A stretch of 55,063 nt of DNA, filler included, from Sphacelaria rigidula (GCA_964200075.2; 3 parts of 3 records of this genome joined end to end with filler, not necessarily neighbours in it); one strand, 5' to 3'. Positions 23,545 through 36,788 are shown, counted from the first letter of the whole stretch. Notes: generated by a model not told the origin, from the letters alone. Numbers and translations: made by a program.

Positions 23545-24128
23545 GAGTGATGCTACGGTAGGGGTGCACAAATATTTTTTCAGGTTCAAACTGTCGAGAG
23601 CCCTCTATTTCACTCAAAAAATGACCGGTAAAATATGTGAAAGCACATATCCACGATTACAAGGGCAGCTCGGGTAGAGTATGTACTTTTGAATACTCGG
23701 GTAAAATACACGAGTATTTACTCTACTCAAAGTTTGGGTATAGAGAAAGAGTACGGCCTCAAATACTCGACTCAAAGTTTGGGTATAGAGTAGGAGTACG
23801 ACCTGAAGTACTCTACTTAAAGTTTGGGTGAGTACTCTCAGTGGTACTTCAGTGTAGAATATAATTTGGGTATGACTTCAATGATCTACTCAAATTTCGG
23901 TAGGTTGAGTATGACCTCAAATCCTCGATCCAAATTTTAGATACTAAAATTATGACTTCTCAAAAATATTGAGTATTGAGTATACTCTACTCGACCTCCC
24001 CTTGCACGCTTTCATTCCAATGGGCTAGGGATATTCTGAATGAACTTGAAAATGGGAATGTCCTGACCCATAATCTTGTTATTGTCGTCTCCACATTAAA
24101 AAACCATTGCAATATTTGCGTATTACTC
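23545..24128. mobile_element. MITE, GAG..CTC family, interrupted by a hAT-like MITE
   Basis: Starts GAGTGATGCTACGGTAGGGGTGCACAAATATTTT and is collinear with 50765-51020 once 23660-24012 is removed. Right end degenerate and no TSD match. Confidence 0.7.
23660..24004. mobile_element. hAT-like MITE with internal tandem repeats
   Basis: TIRs CAAGGGCAGCTCGGGTAGAGTAT / ATACTCTACTCGACCTCCCCTTG; 8-bp TSD CACGATTA/CACGCTTT; internal units of about 46 bp (TACTC..CTCAAAGTTTGGGTATAGAG). Confidence 0.8.
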
Positions 24129-24825
24129 TGTACTGGGCATCTGATACGGACGCCTTCCGTGGTCACAGGATAACTACCCCAATAGAGGGTAGAAGAAAGT
24201 CAACAATAAAATCGGACCCAGGAAAAATTCACACAGGGGCTTGTGTAGCTTCCAACTTCAGGAGTCCCTGGATAAGAAAGATATGGGCCCAAATGCACAA
24301 CCCCTCCGTAGCATGATTCCGCAGTGCCATACGTTTGCGACGGTCGGAGCACTATCGATATCTTGTCACATCGGGGCCGTACTACCGTTGCTAGGCCGCG
24401 GTTGCACAGTTGTGTGCGTGAGATTCAAAATCCAGATAAGATATGTATTATATGCCCACCTCGGAGACGCGACTCAACAGTCGCACCCGACAAAAAGCGA
24501 GTGGGCCCCAACACAAGAAGCATGCGTTCACGGTACGGGGCACGAGCCTGCTGCTCTGCTTCCTCTCAACAACAGCCAACAATTGTTGCTGTCCCAAGTA
24601 CTGCAATTACTGCGGAAGGCACAGCACCGCTTGCGGGCCTCTGGGCTGTCACGGGGTGCGGTGACCGCGGCGGCGAAGCGCAATTCAAGCAGTAGCGACA
24701 ACAAACGATTGAAGCAAGCCACCTAACGGCCCAACGCGTGCGCTCTTCACCCCGAGAATCCAGAGGCTTGGTTCCATAACCTACCGCCTGTTGTTTGGCT
24801 CTGCAGAATAGTTCACTGAGCATCC

Positions 24826-25259
24826 AACACGGGATTTTCCAAAATTGGGGATCGATTTTAATATTGGGAGTGAAAACCTGAAGAATTAAAATCTTCGTAT
24901 CCACACCAAATCTTCGAAGTATGCTTCCATTGCTCCACTTGCTGGTAGCTGTTTGACAACTACTACACGCCATACAAATTTGGATTTCGATAACCGAAAT
25001 GTCGGCGTCCTGGGTGAAAAATCAATCTTGGCGTCCGATCGGAACACCTGAATCCCCCAACTTGGTTTTGCACCCAGGATCCCGACACTTTGATTATCGA
25101 AATCCAAATTTTGTTTGGCATATAGTAGTTGTCAATAGCTACCAGCAAGTGGAGAAATGGAAGCATAATTCGAAGATTTGGTGTGGATACGAAACTTTTA
25201 ATTCTCCGGGTTCTCATCCCCAATAAGTAATCCATCCCCAATTTGTAAAATCCCGTGTT
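24826..25259. mobile_element. Long fold-back element (arms of about 200 bp)
   Basis: AACACGGGATTTT...AAAATCCCGTGTT with extensive arm complementarity (e.g. CGTATCCACACCAAATCTTCGAA / TTCGAAGATTTGGTGTGGATACG). Confidence 0.88.
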
Positions 25260-26259
25260 ATCTTCCCCTTTCATTTAGTCGTGATGCAGAGGGAGTGGGA
25301 TGCTACAGTGTATACACGGATGACATTGAGATATTGACGGCAGTACAACAAACACCCCGCAGAGTGGAACAACAATTTGCATTTCAGGATCGACTTCCCC
25401 CAACTCGTGAAATGAAGGGGTAAATATCCGAAATACAAACTGGACGGCCCTGGTTGTGAAAAGAATAGGAACTATTATCCAAGAGGCAACACATTACCCT
25501 ATACTTCCATAGTTGCTTGTTGACCAACGCTGAACATCCAACTACTTCGAAGTCCGAAACTACATGTACGGGAAGCATAAAATTTCAGGCCCACAGCCAC
25601 TATGGGGCATTCAAATATCCGTCACAATACTTTTGTAGTATGGTCTCAGAGTACTACAGTATCTGTATAGCGGCTCAACAATTAAGGTACAGCACGAGTC
25701 CACCTGGGGCGTTTCTCGAGACGCATCACTGCCACTGTCAATGGAGACTTCGAAAAACAAGGGGCGAGGGAAAGTAGCCTGGCGTTGCCTAGGTCCTTAT
25801 GGTCGTAATCTAAACACGAACACACAAAAACACAACAACTACAACTTGAAGGCGTCGATCACAACATTCCCCCGGACCCCAATCGATACATATCCAGCGA
25901 GCGGGACGACTTCCAAAAGTGGGGAAACGACCTATACGTGAAATTAGGCGTCAGGATACAATTTGATGCGAGAGAAGAAAGTGAACCTCGTGAAGGTACC
26001 ATGGGAGCACCATGTCTGGACACTTCAAACCCAAAATAATGAACAAGAAGAGTACACACGACGGCATCACAGTTCGTCATCCCCGTCACCAAGATATTGA
26101 CCCTTGTTTTTTAGGTCGCCATCGTCCTCAAATAGTCAGCAGGTTTTGAGAAACCAAAGGCGCAAGCGGTACACTTCGAAGAACTTTTGGCGGTGACGGC
26201 AAAATTTGATGGCTTTATTTTTATTTGACGGTTTCAAACAAAGCTCGACGACCCCCCTG

Positions 26260-29200
26260 TTATCCCTCGTCATCTTCGTCACTGAGGCCGTCAAGATCAT
26301 CATCATCTAGATCATCATCGTCATCATCCAAAAATGCGCCTTCGTCTCCCACCACCACATCTTCGCCGTCTCCTGTAGAAAAAAAATCACAAATGCAGGA
26401 AACGAGCGACAATTGAGGGTTACAAGATTGTTCATGTAGATGGCTACAACACAATAATATTCAACAGGTACAAAACGCAGTATTCTGTTTTTTTTCAATC
26501 TTGACATCACTGTATATATTTCTTAAAAAGAACTGGTCTCACGCGAAGAAACAATAAATTTTACCCGGCTTCGGATCCGTGTTCGAGGGACGATCTGGAA
26601 ATTTGCGGCACACCCGGATATACAACATACCACATTGCGGACTTCGCCCGCCCCCGATAAGACGCTTTCAACATCGACGCAGAGATTTTGTCGGGAAAAC
26701 GTGGTGCTCTGCGATGTGGGCCATGGGCTTGCATTCGCTTCGTCCCCCGCCCAAGATGAGAAGTACACGATGACCACTGCTGAGGACAACATCTGAAAAG
26801 GTCGTGGTGGAGGAATTGTTCTGCTTCTTGGTGGGACCCTCTTGCAATGAAATAGTACGAATACAATCAAAGTTAAAGGGACATTTGCTCGCGGGTGCTC
26901 CCTCTCATGTACGCATGTTTGTCATCTTCCACAAGCTTACAGACAAGAAATTCAACAGATCGAAGTGTAATGACAACAAATGTAGACCACACCCATGAAG
27001 CTAGACACCATACAAGAACGGAAGTGATACTGCCATGTTCGCAATCAATTCACGCTGCCTCCTGCACCCCCCCCCTCCGGTGCTCCGTCTCGAAAGGGAT
27101 GCGTGGTCAATGGTCACACGACTAAGGTATGCAACAATGGAACACCCACCACCCTGATTCCCCCTCCTTCCCTCCGCGGTACAATGCCATTCTCCGAATA
27201 CCCACGCTCATTGTCTCGTTCACCTACCTGAAAAGCCGACAGTATCGGAGGATGATTCAGGTACGCGTATGTGGACGTTAGATAGATATTGGCACCTACA
27301 GCAGTTATAGCCAAGTGGATCAACACCCGATGAGCGAGTGTCCTGAGCGCTGAATGGTCTCACGAAGACATCACGACAACACGGATTCATCTAGTTCCAT
27401 CTACAGCAAGCAGGCAAGTCACCTTCAGCGTTATCCTCCTCTTCCACAACAAGATGGCGAAGGAACAGCTCCTTGCCCGTCAATTTGGTCGCCGCAGCTT
27501 CGATCGTAATGGTTTTTCCGGCCTGCATTTCCAACTCGAAAGCCGCCTGGTAGTTGTTTTTTCCAAAATATGACGCAGTGGCGATGACTTCGGGGGAAGT
27601 GCTCAACGATGATTCGGGCTGAGTACTGTATACCAGTTGCCAAGGATGCAAACAGCACCCCAGGTGAGGGTTCAGAACCGTACCCCAGCTACAGTGAGGG
27701 TTGCATCACAGTCCAATCAAAATCGTTTGTTCCATGTCCGAGCCCACTGTGTTGTAGTCAACTGCATTGTATCGGTACAGTACGAGGTCCCACAAGGGTG
27801 CGGACGGTCAAGGCTGGCAACCCACCGTATTACGGGGGGACCCCCAATGTACCCGGGTTCCTCAGATGTCGACCGTAAAGAGACTCGGGAACTCCGGGGG
27901 TTCAGGAGTAGGGACACTTCCAAAGTAATATCATCAAGTAAGGGAAAATGTCAATTGCTTTTTTCAGGTTGCTCCGTCGACAAAAGGTGAAGAAGGTATA
28001 GGCTAGCTCAAGGTGGACGCATAAAATTGATTCCCCGCCATTTCTCACGCAGGTTTTAGGAGATGACCCTAAAATTTGAGCACGTGTTCTACGGGATATT
28101 GCAAAACTTTCAAGGGTCGAACGAATGAATGATTGGTCTGGAAATTACTTGATTTTAGTGTAGTTGATTCGAACCCTTAAGCTTTGTTTTCAGCGTTGCG
28201 ACCCAGGTACGCGCAGCCCAGGCAAGTGGAATAGCTCAAAAACTGCGTGGAGACCTCTTCGACCAGCCGTCAACTTTTTCTCTGTTCCGAGTAATCAGGC
28301 CTGAAAAGTCGTGGATTTGGTGATTCGAACCGGCGATGATTCGTGCTAACCGTGGGGAACTTTCCATTATCACTTTTTTATTTTGCCAGGTATCCGGCGT
28401 CGTGGGGGTCCCGGGGGGCGTATGATATCGTGAGACCCCGCATATCTGGCGCAAGTAAATAAACATATATATATATATATATATATATAAGCTCATTCGT
28501 CGAAAGTTCCCACACGTTGGTGTACTGCTCAAGAGCTACCTGAATATTACTTTTTGTCCGTGTACTGATGTGGATCATGAGCTGGCTCATTTGACCATTG
28601 TTGACATGATTGCTCCCTGCAGCGCTGAACATCGAGCGCGCGGAGTAGCGCAAGGCTCTCGCTTTGGCTTCTCTGATCCCACGGTCACGTATTTTTGCTT
28701 TTCGAACAACAAATCTGAGAATCCTCTTTCATCACTTGTTCCATATAGTGCCTTTTTATTTCAAGTTTTTTTTAATAAAAAAAGTCATATGGTGAGAAAG
28801 ACGTATCGCTAGAGTGGTCAGAGACCTACGGGGGAGACTGCCGTCCTGATGCCGAAGGAACTCCGAGACTGGCGATGATTTCCTTTTGTATATGTAGGCA
28901 AGAAGTGGGGCCAGACTAGAAGTGGTCGCCAGGGGCGACCAGGACCTTGGGGGATGCTGGACCGTCCTATATTAGGCTCTTCCTGGCATCACCCCAAGTT
29001 GTCTAGTTACGTCGGCATTACGGGTTCCTCGGTAATCTGGTCCTTCCGGATCGTTCCAACCTTGTCCCTGCTTGCGCTGGGTCTTCATACATGTGTGGGA
29101 TCAGTCTCTGATATGTCACTGCAAAGAGGTATCCTCCACAATGTCTCTCGATAGACAACAAATTAGGTCAAGTAGGGATATCGATCGTTTCCCCGTGTCC

Positions 29201-32200
29201 CAAAGAATGTTCACATCAGGAATCGTCATCATCCACTGATTCTATTGCGACGGGGTTTCGTAGATACTTCAATATCGAGCTATCTTCACAGGTGACAAGA
29301 TCTTCTCGACATAGAGTTCAATCGACCAGAAAGCATCCGAACAGGCTGTTGAGTGAATGGGCATCTGCCACTTGACTTGACGATCGATAATATGTGCGGA
29401 TCACGGTCCAATTCGCCTGCGTCGATGAGATTCGGCTCCGGCACATTCAATGCGTTCTCGGACTGTCCCAGCTCGTATCTACGAGCAGCAGTCCCGTGGA
29501 CAACATGCCGTGAATTCGGCTTCCCTAACCGCCTATTCTACTAATAGTGATGAACCGAACTAAGTGGTTGTTGTCACATATTTCCAACGGTTGATCTAGC
29601 TTCAATCTGTGGGATGACGTGCCCACGGGATTCACGATCGAATCATCGAATTGCTGGAATGATGTGGTGATATAATGTCTCATCCTATAAGAACCGGACT
29701 GATGAAAACAAAATTCTTGGAAAACAGGGAGTGAGGGAGTAATAACAGGGCATACATACGAAGCTGACCTTCCATGCGGCGAATGATTCTGGCGTGACCG
29801 GAGTGCCGTCAGCTTGTCGTCGCCTACGGATAGTTTCATCATCTTCGTCGTCCTCTTCTCGTGCCTGCGTACGATCATTCATTATCCACAAAATAGAGGG
29901 CAGTCGCCGGTTAAAAGCAGGGAGGGGAAACGAACGAAAGTAGGAAACGCACGCGTCCTGAAAATAAAACGACGAACTACTGCCATCAGAGTCATCGTCC
30001 CTGTGTGTATCGCTTCCTGCACACGCCCGCTGACGGAACACATGTAAAACAATGTGAGGGGACCAACCTTCTTGAGATCAAAATTGGCCGAGTATACACA
30101 ACCCAGCGTAATTCAGTCAATCTTACGCATCGTTTCCAGAATACGCTGTGCTGCAAAAAGCGACATAGCGTTCCGTCCCGTTCCACAGAAGGAACCGTCA
30201 ATACCTGACCAGAAAACATGAACAAATTGTGTAACTGGGGGCCTGTCTTCACACATGAGTTTTTGATGGAAAAAGGGCGGTGGAGAAAAAAAAAACTGAT
30301 CTGATAGGTCATAATTTCAACCATCTCCAAAATTAACGACGATGGTTGAAATGACGACCTTTCAGATCGGGATTTTTGCTTTCCACCGCACAATTTCGAT
30401 CGAAAACTCATGTGCCAAGACAGGGCCTGAGGAAACTCCCCTACGAGAATATCTGGACTGGAGAAACTACGCTCGAGGTGGTGAACTGCACTGCACTATT
30501 TTGTCCAATTCTACACAATGCGGATGCAATACAATACGATAGTGTTGCTCATCACACCACCACGACAAGCAGGATACACCTCTTATCAATCCGTCAGGCG
30601 GCCCACACAGTGTCCTCGTCAGTCTTCTGTGGTGCCTGGATCCAGACATGCTTCCCGAATCGGCACTCCTGGTGGAATGCGAGATCCTCGGCCAAGAGCA
30701 TTCGAATACATAATTGTACCGCACCGCGGCGTATTCACCAACAGGCACATCATGCTCGTGACGTCATATTATCAATGCTGTCGCACAGCTGACGCCAAGT
30801 GCAGCAGAACGGGGTGCCACCACAACAAAGGGATTAGGCGGGGCCCTCGGGAGGGGGCACTAGGCGCGTTCATTAGTGATCGAGTGCAGATAATCTTGTG
30901 GAGGCAGTCCTACTGTTCAGCTATATTGTAGTAGAATCTCCTTCCTGACAAGGTCAATCGCTTTGGCGCGAAAAACACACTGCGGAACACTATCCACGGA
31001 TGACCTTCAGTTCCGATAACCCCAACTACACATTTGCGACCAGCACCCCCGCATGGAAACAAACCAGGCATCCCGTCGTTGCCAACCCACAGCTTACGAT
31101 ACCTAACCGAGGTAGTTATTTCTCACGTAGTTCCAATTGTTCACTCAAAGTCCTGCAGCGTTTTGCGCTCACGGTGTGAAGGCGCCTGCACGAGGTATAC
31201 TCACTGGACATGATGGCACATCGAGATTTCCACGCACTCCAGGATAAGCCGTCACTATTTTTTCCCATCACATTTCCAATCCCTCTCCCTCGCCGGGGAC
31301 AAGTTTGTGGTCTTGAGAGATCAACCCATCTTTCCCCCAGTACACGCCTTGCATGTTGGTCTCGCCGGTTTAATTCAGGACCCCCGCATCGCGTCAAACT
31401 TCATCAAGCTTTCAGCGGCGGAGATAACATAAGGTGAATCCAAACAAAAGGGATCTGGAGGGGGTCGAACCCGCTTTCCACCCAAATGGTGTCGGTTGAA
31501 CCATTAGATCGCCAGGGAACGGCAGCTGAACCGATTTGGTATTTACACTTGCCGCGCCCCGGTGGTGTAATGGTCCGACTGTCGCCATTAGGGTAGAGGG
31601 AACGAGGGTTCGACTCCCGATGTATTGAGTTTTTTCTTCGTAGTATCTGATTTCCACCGTGCAAAGCGTGAGAACGTGAGTAAATAAAGTAGTTGACTGA
31701 GTTTGTTTGAGGTGAGTTGACGCGGTGCGGGAGTGCTGATAGTCATGATCCAATCCGCGAGAGCAAGATGCAAGGCGTGTATCGGGCGAGAGATGGGTTG
31801 ATCCCGTGAGACCACGGAGTCATCCCGAGGAAGGGGAGGGGTTCAAAGTGCGACAAGTAAACCATGAAAATAAAAATTGCAGGACTTATCCAGGTGGTAT
31901 TCGATCTCGTATTGGGACATCAGCATCGTTGTTATGCTGAGTACTGTACCAGCCTCCACCGTCAAAACACAGCACTACAATCGTCTTCCGTTCTCATGTG
32001 CCCTACCTTGGCTGCCCTTTCCTCTTCTTCTTTGATCTTTTGTCGACCCCTGTCCCCCTCTGCCATTCGCCGAAGCATTTCCCCGTGCATCGACCTATCC
32101 GCATCGAGTGATGTTGGACAATCGGTCAAAACCATAGGTAAGAGTACGATCGCAATCATATGATTCAACATCATCATCGACTATGCCTTCCGCTATGGTA

Positions 32201-32639
32201 GCGGAAACAAATTCTCCGCGAAACCGTGTAACCCTGTAACGTTTTGTCATTCAAGAGTTGGCAAAAATCAAACACATACCCCCGATATTTGCCTCAAAGT
32301 TAGCCAGCACAGTGATGTTGAAAAATTCGGAACGTTTGTCTTTGACCTCGCCGCGGGTCAAGGATATATATCCCTGGGCGGATTTTGAGCTCCATATATC
32401 GCATATAACCCTGCAGCGTTGTGGACACGTTAGCCGGAAGCAGGGTCAACGACAAAAAACAACAAGAACGACACGGATGAACAGCAAGACCATAACCACC
32501 ATCATCAACAACAAGGACGACAGCAGTGAGAACAGAGACCTCACCCATCGACGGCGGAGGGTACGTTGTTGTCAGCAAGCCACTCCTTGAGACATTCCGC
32601 TATGGTGTAACCCATCGCCATGCCCACGTTTTCCACGGC
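26260..32639 (-). CDS. RWDD1: RWD-domain protein 1 (RWDD1/Gir2/DFRP2-like), 3' five exons: 32545-32639, 32007-32094, 29769-29864, 27423-27546, 26260-26372
   Basis: All junctions are GT-AG and phase-compatible (2,0,0,1). Spliced protein: AVENVGMAMGYTIAECLKEWL...SMHGEMLRRM...ADGTPVTPESFAAWKAAFELEM...KLTGKELFL...acidic tail. This matches the RWDD1 hallmarks ENLGM, GTPVT.E.F..WK..F and KLTG.ELF. 5' exons not found. Confidence 0.9.
30239..30427. mobile_element. Fold-back MITE in an RWDD1 intron
   Basis: GGGCCTGTCTT..CACATGAGTTTT / AAAACTCATGTG..AAGACAGGGCC; arms of about 85 bp around a 15-nt spacer. TSD not clear. Confidence 0.8.
31280..31523 (-). mobile_element. tRNA-derived SINE (family 2)
   Basis: Head GCCGTTCCCTGGCGATCTAATGG, B box GGGTTCGACCCC, and tail GCAAGGCGTGTAC..GATGGGTTGATC shared with other copies. 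Confidence 0.75.
31551..31842 (+). mobile_element. tRNA-derived SINE (family 2)
   Basis: A box TGGTGTAATGG (31563-31573) and B box GGTTCGACTCC (31607-31617). Body homologous to 33960-34881, 35030-35568 and about 360-525. Confidence 0.8.
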
Positions 32640-33959
32640 CTGCCGCAGGGAACAGTCAAGCGGGGCAAGAAAATACTCAAAGTAATATTAAATGGCGCGT
32701 TGACAGGGCATGGATAGGACACCGCGATTCGAACAGGCAAGATTAGGACAGCAAAAAAAGCATATCGACTCAAAATAACAACATGGCCCACAATTCCTCG
32801 CATCTACAGGACTACCGTGTCCGGATAAGATAAGATACCCATGCACCGATCAACATATGCTGCCTGAGGTTTGCACAGCAGAGAGCGCCATATCCGATGA
32901 ATACATATCTGCGATGTCGTTCTTATACCGCTATGCCCGTGAATGAAGGCCCCAGCGAACAGAAATCCGTGGTCAACAAACAACAAGAACAAATGCGGAG
33001 GAATAATAAGGAATAATGATGTCATAGACTGGTCGGACCTGTGCCGAAGCTCTGCCGAACAGAACACACGCTCCATCCCAAGTTACCCAAGTTAAGTATG
33101 CGACAGCTGTAAGTTTTCCATGGCGTTCTTCTCGAGACAGGAAGCAAACCAGCCTGTGGCACTTCACAGCCCCCCGCACACACACTACACTTAGTCAGTG
33201 TGGCTGCGGAGTTGCTCAACTCGCCACGGCGGATCCGAAAAACCCCAGAACGTTGAAAGAAACGTGTTTTTAGTACATTTTGTGTTTGGTGCAGCGGTTT
33301 GCAGAGTGCTGCGGCCTCTGCGGCACGCGTTACAAAATTCCATCGTTACACTGACTAGTTCTGCTATGTGGGAAGCGCACGCATCAAACCCCAGTTCAAT
33401 CCTCTGCTTCGTTGCCGAGAAAACTGCGTTGAAAGACATGCACAACAACAACACGAGCAGCAGTTTCTATCCTCCTGTTGTTGTAACCCTGTGTACAGGT
33501 GTACAGCAACGTCAGTCACAGGTTTGTTGTAGAATGCACTAGAGTAATAGTGCATTTTGTATGGGCGTCGTCGTCATTTCGAGTGACGCGTGTACTTGTG
33601 ATTGATACTGATTAGCTCATCTTTGTTTTATTTATTTTGCATTCAACTAACTGTGTAGTTGGTCGGTCCATTTTCCCGATATATAGTACCCAAAATTGGG
33701 CCTCAATCAGGGGCATAACTGTACCATGAATACGCCACCTAGTTGTACATACCATGACATACCATCCTAGATCAATACATACGTAAGTCCATCTGTTGCT
33801 ACGCACTCAACAGCGTTCTGTTCAGGGCAAACTGAAACATGTTTCCATCGGTGTGCAATGTTTTGTGCATCCGAAATAATAATCGTTCGCGCATCAACGA
33901 CATGGTCCTAAATGTGCACTCGACAAAATGCCTTCAGTACCAATCAACGAAACTGCTAG

Positions 33960-34881
33960 GGGGGGTTGTTGGTTCTCTCTCCAAACTTCTCCTCTTCCTC
34001 GGGACGGGTCCGTGGCCCTAAGAAATCAACCGATCTCTCCCTCGGTACACGCCTTACACTTTGACATCGAAGATTGCAAGGTTGTGTTCTGTAAGGTACA
34101 GTTTTCTGTATACCCGGGGTATTCATTTTCCGGGTATGTACCGTACCCGACAGTTTTGTGACTTCTGTAAGACTTTCATACCGGTACCCGACCGTTCTGT
34201 CATCTCTGTAAGACTTTCATACCCTTACCCGATAGTTCTGTAAGTTCTGTACAATACATTTACCCTAACCCGAATGGCGGGTATACGCGAAAAGAGTTAC
34301 CCGATTGCCGGTACCGGTTCTCTGTAAGCCTCCCATACCGTACCCGACAAGTTCTGTCAGATCTGGAACACTGTCATACCGGTACCCGACAGTTCTGTAA
34401 GTTTTGTACATAAAATTTACCCGAACCCGAGGGGCGGGTATTCCCGAAGAGAGTTACCCGACTGCCGGTGCCGGTTCTCTGTAAGCCTCCCGTACCGTAC
34501 CCGACAAGTTATGTCAAGTCTGTAAGACTTTCATACCGGTACCCGACAGTTCTGTAAACTCTGTGAGACTTCCAAACCGGTACCTGACGGTTCTGTAAAC
34601 TCTGTACGAAATGTCATACCCTATCGAACGTACCCGTACCTTACAGAACATTACCTTGGAAGGTTGGATAATGACTACTCCCGCACTGCGTCGACTGTCG
34701 TCGAACAAACTCAGCCAAACAAATGGCATACTCTTGCTTCTCACGTCCTCACGCTGTCAATGACGAGAATCGGGATCTTCTGGGAAAAAAAGCCAAACTA
34801 CACGCATCTGGTGGGCGTCTAACCCACGTTTCCGTCGCCCTAATGGTGCCAGTTGTACCATCAGGCCATCGGGGCGCGGCG
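33960..34881 (-). mobile_element. SINE (family 2) split by a hAT-like MITE
   Basis: Head at 34881 (GCCGCGCCCCGATGG...); the body resumes across 34077-34666. Confidence 0.75.
34077..34658. mobile_element. hAT-like MITE with tandem CCG(G)TACCCGACAGTTCTGTAA units
   Basis: TIRs CAAGGTTGTGTTCTGTAAGGTAC / GTACCTTACAGAACATTACCTTG; 8-bp TSD GAAGATTG/GAAGGTTG. Confidence 0.88.
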
Positions 34882-35029
34882 GTAAGGTGGGCACGAACAG
34901 CCTCATTGGTCATACTCCATCGTTCGCGCGTCAAAATACCCCAGACGACTTCGCCCACCCGCAACAACGACACGATAGTTGACCTCATACAATTCTCGGC
35001 GGCCAACGGGTGCTTAGAGGTGCTGAACG

Positions 35030-35568
35030 ATCACTCAATCCATCTCCCCCCCGGGACACGCCTGGCATTATGGTCTCGCCGATTGGATCATGACCATCAG
35101 CACTTCCGCACCGCATCGACCCTCGTCGAAAAAATCTCAATCAAACAAGCGATCTTTGCCAGTCACGCCCTCACGCTTCCAACGAAGAAAATCAGATGCT
35201 TTGAAGAAAAAGGCAAAACAAAATGTGGCGGGAATCGAACTTACGTTCTCCCCACAATATTCATGTCGATTCTAGCACTACATCATACACAATCGACGAT
35301 AGTCGCCCCCGGACAAATGCCTGGTTTGGGGAGGCAAAATGTTCACGTAAGTCGAAATGGAAAAAGCCGAGCACAACGAGCAGCTGGTAATTCTCACGCT
35401 TGGGTACGTTCTCGCCAATGCCGCCCACATGAGACGCTTTATGCCTGAATCCAAACATGAGGCGCTGTGTAACCATTTTTTTTGTGACAAATTTGGGCCG
35501 GTTTTTTTTCGGGGGGGAGGGCGGGAGGGGAGGGGGCGCTATCATAGAAAGTGTCACCACTAGCGCGG
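35030..35568 (-). mobile_element. SINE (family 2) with a MITE inserted in its A box
   Basis: Removing 35286-35555 rejoins CCGCGCTAGTGGT|GTAGTG...AAGTTCGATTCCCG. Confidence 0.7.
35286..35555. mobile_element. MITE (module A) with GACACTTTCTACGATAG-type TIRs
   Basis: Right TIR CTATCATAGAAAGTGTC, degenerate left TIR, TSD ATCA/ACCA. Internal homology to 20080-20300 and 50394-50615. Confidence 0.75.
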
Positions 35569-36688
35569 AGGATCCGTTCGTCTCGGAGCGACGGCCGGGT
35601 TCGTCATGGATCACTTGACTGGCGTAAGACAATCAACCCGTCGATCAATCGATGCCCACGTGCACCGCCGAACACCCTTGCTTGGATACGGGTCATCCTT
35701 CAACGACTGCGCATCAGGCGAGCCACACCATCTGTAACTGAACAATCTCGGGGGGCCTACCTCAGGACCACGATTCTGTAAGATAGGGTGGTAGAGCATC
35801 GGAGAACACCAGGAAAGGAGTACGACACCTGGACAATGGAGCACGTTGTCAAAAAGTATACTGCGTACAGTATAAAATGTTGTCTATTGCAACAGGCGCA
35901 ATAGTTGATACTGCAGGCCGTACATTTTTAGACAGTGTTATCCTTTGTTCAGGATGCGAAGAGTACATATACAACAGGAGAAACACGGTATTGGAACAAC
36001 ATTTTTCGCCAGAAATTCATGTCCTCTGTTGATTTCTACGGTTAGATGTAGCCTATTTGCATCGACAGAACAACCATCTCTCGCGGAATAACTTTACGTA
36101 ACATGCGTACAGGTCGTGTATTTACGGGATAGCCAATCACAAACACACACACACACACCAATTACTTTACTCAGCGTCAAGGGTCTCTTCCTCCTCACAG
36201 CCCTGAAGGATGGTATCGTTTGGGAAAATGTACAGCTGACGAAAAAAATGAGAAAACGATCGACGTCCTAGTGGGGAAAAAATTACCCTCGTAACCGTGC
36301 AATCAATGAACGGCTTGTAAAGGCCCTCATACTGGTTTATATACAAACTATATGGGGCTCATAAATGAGGGCAGTGGGGGGGGGGGGAAGAAGTACTCAT
36401 TTGATGCTTACCGTAGTATTGCGACCATTGAGCACGCATCCCTTCCGAGACGGAGCACCATTCCTACTCCTAATAAAGATACGTGCAACTCTCGGGCGCG
36501 CATTGCTTGTCTTCCACACGTGACACAAAAGCCGTTTTACATATCCCATCCCCTTCCAGTTCTGCCTTTTCTGTGGCCACTATCTATTTCCTGGTTTGGC
36601 GACCATTTTCTCGCTACCGTCTACTGTCCCAAACGATTCCATGCCACCTTCATTCACTTCCCACATTTAAAATGCGGGAATGACGGAG

Positions 36689-36788
36689 NNNNNNNNNNNN
36701 NNNNNNNNNNNNNNNNNNNNNNNNNNNNNNNNTTAATTAATTAANNNNNNNNNNNNNNNNNNNNNNNNNNNNNNNNNNNNNNNNNNNN
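36689..36788. other. Assembly linker (N44-TTAATTAATTAA-N44)
   Basis: Same 100-nt spacer as at 18297. Confidence 0.97.

Noticed and set aside
27825..28425. Possible old fold-back element
   Set aside because: Only short patches of inverted similarity; ends and TSD could not be defined by eye.
31551..31625. Possible tRNA gene
   Set aside because: A and B boxes are present but there is no convincing cloverleaf; it continues into a dispersed SINE body.
34080..34650. Repeat-spacer-like array resembling CRISPR (also 23700-23980)
   Set aside because: Units are degenerate tandem repeats without unique spacers, enclosed by TIRs and 8-bp TSDs; eukaryotic context and no cas genes.
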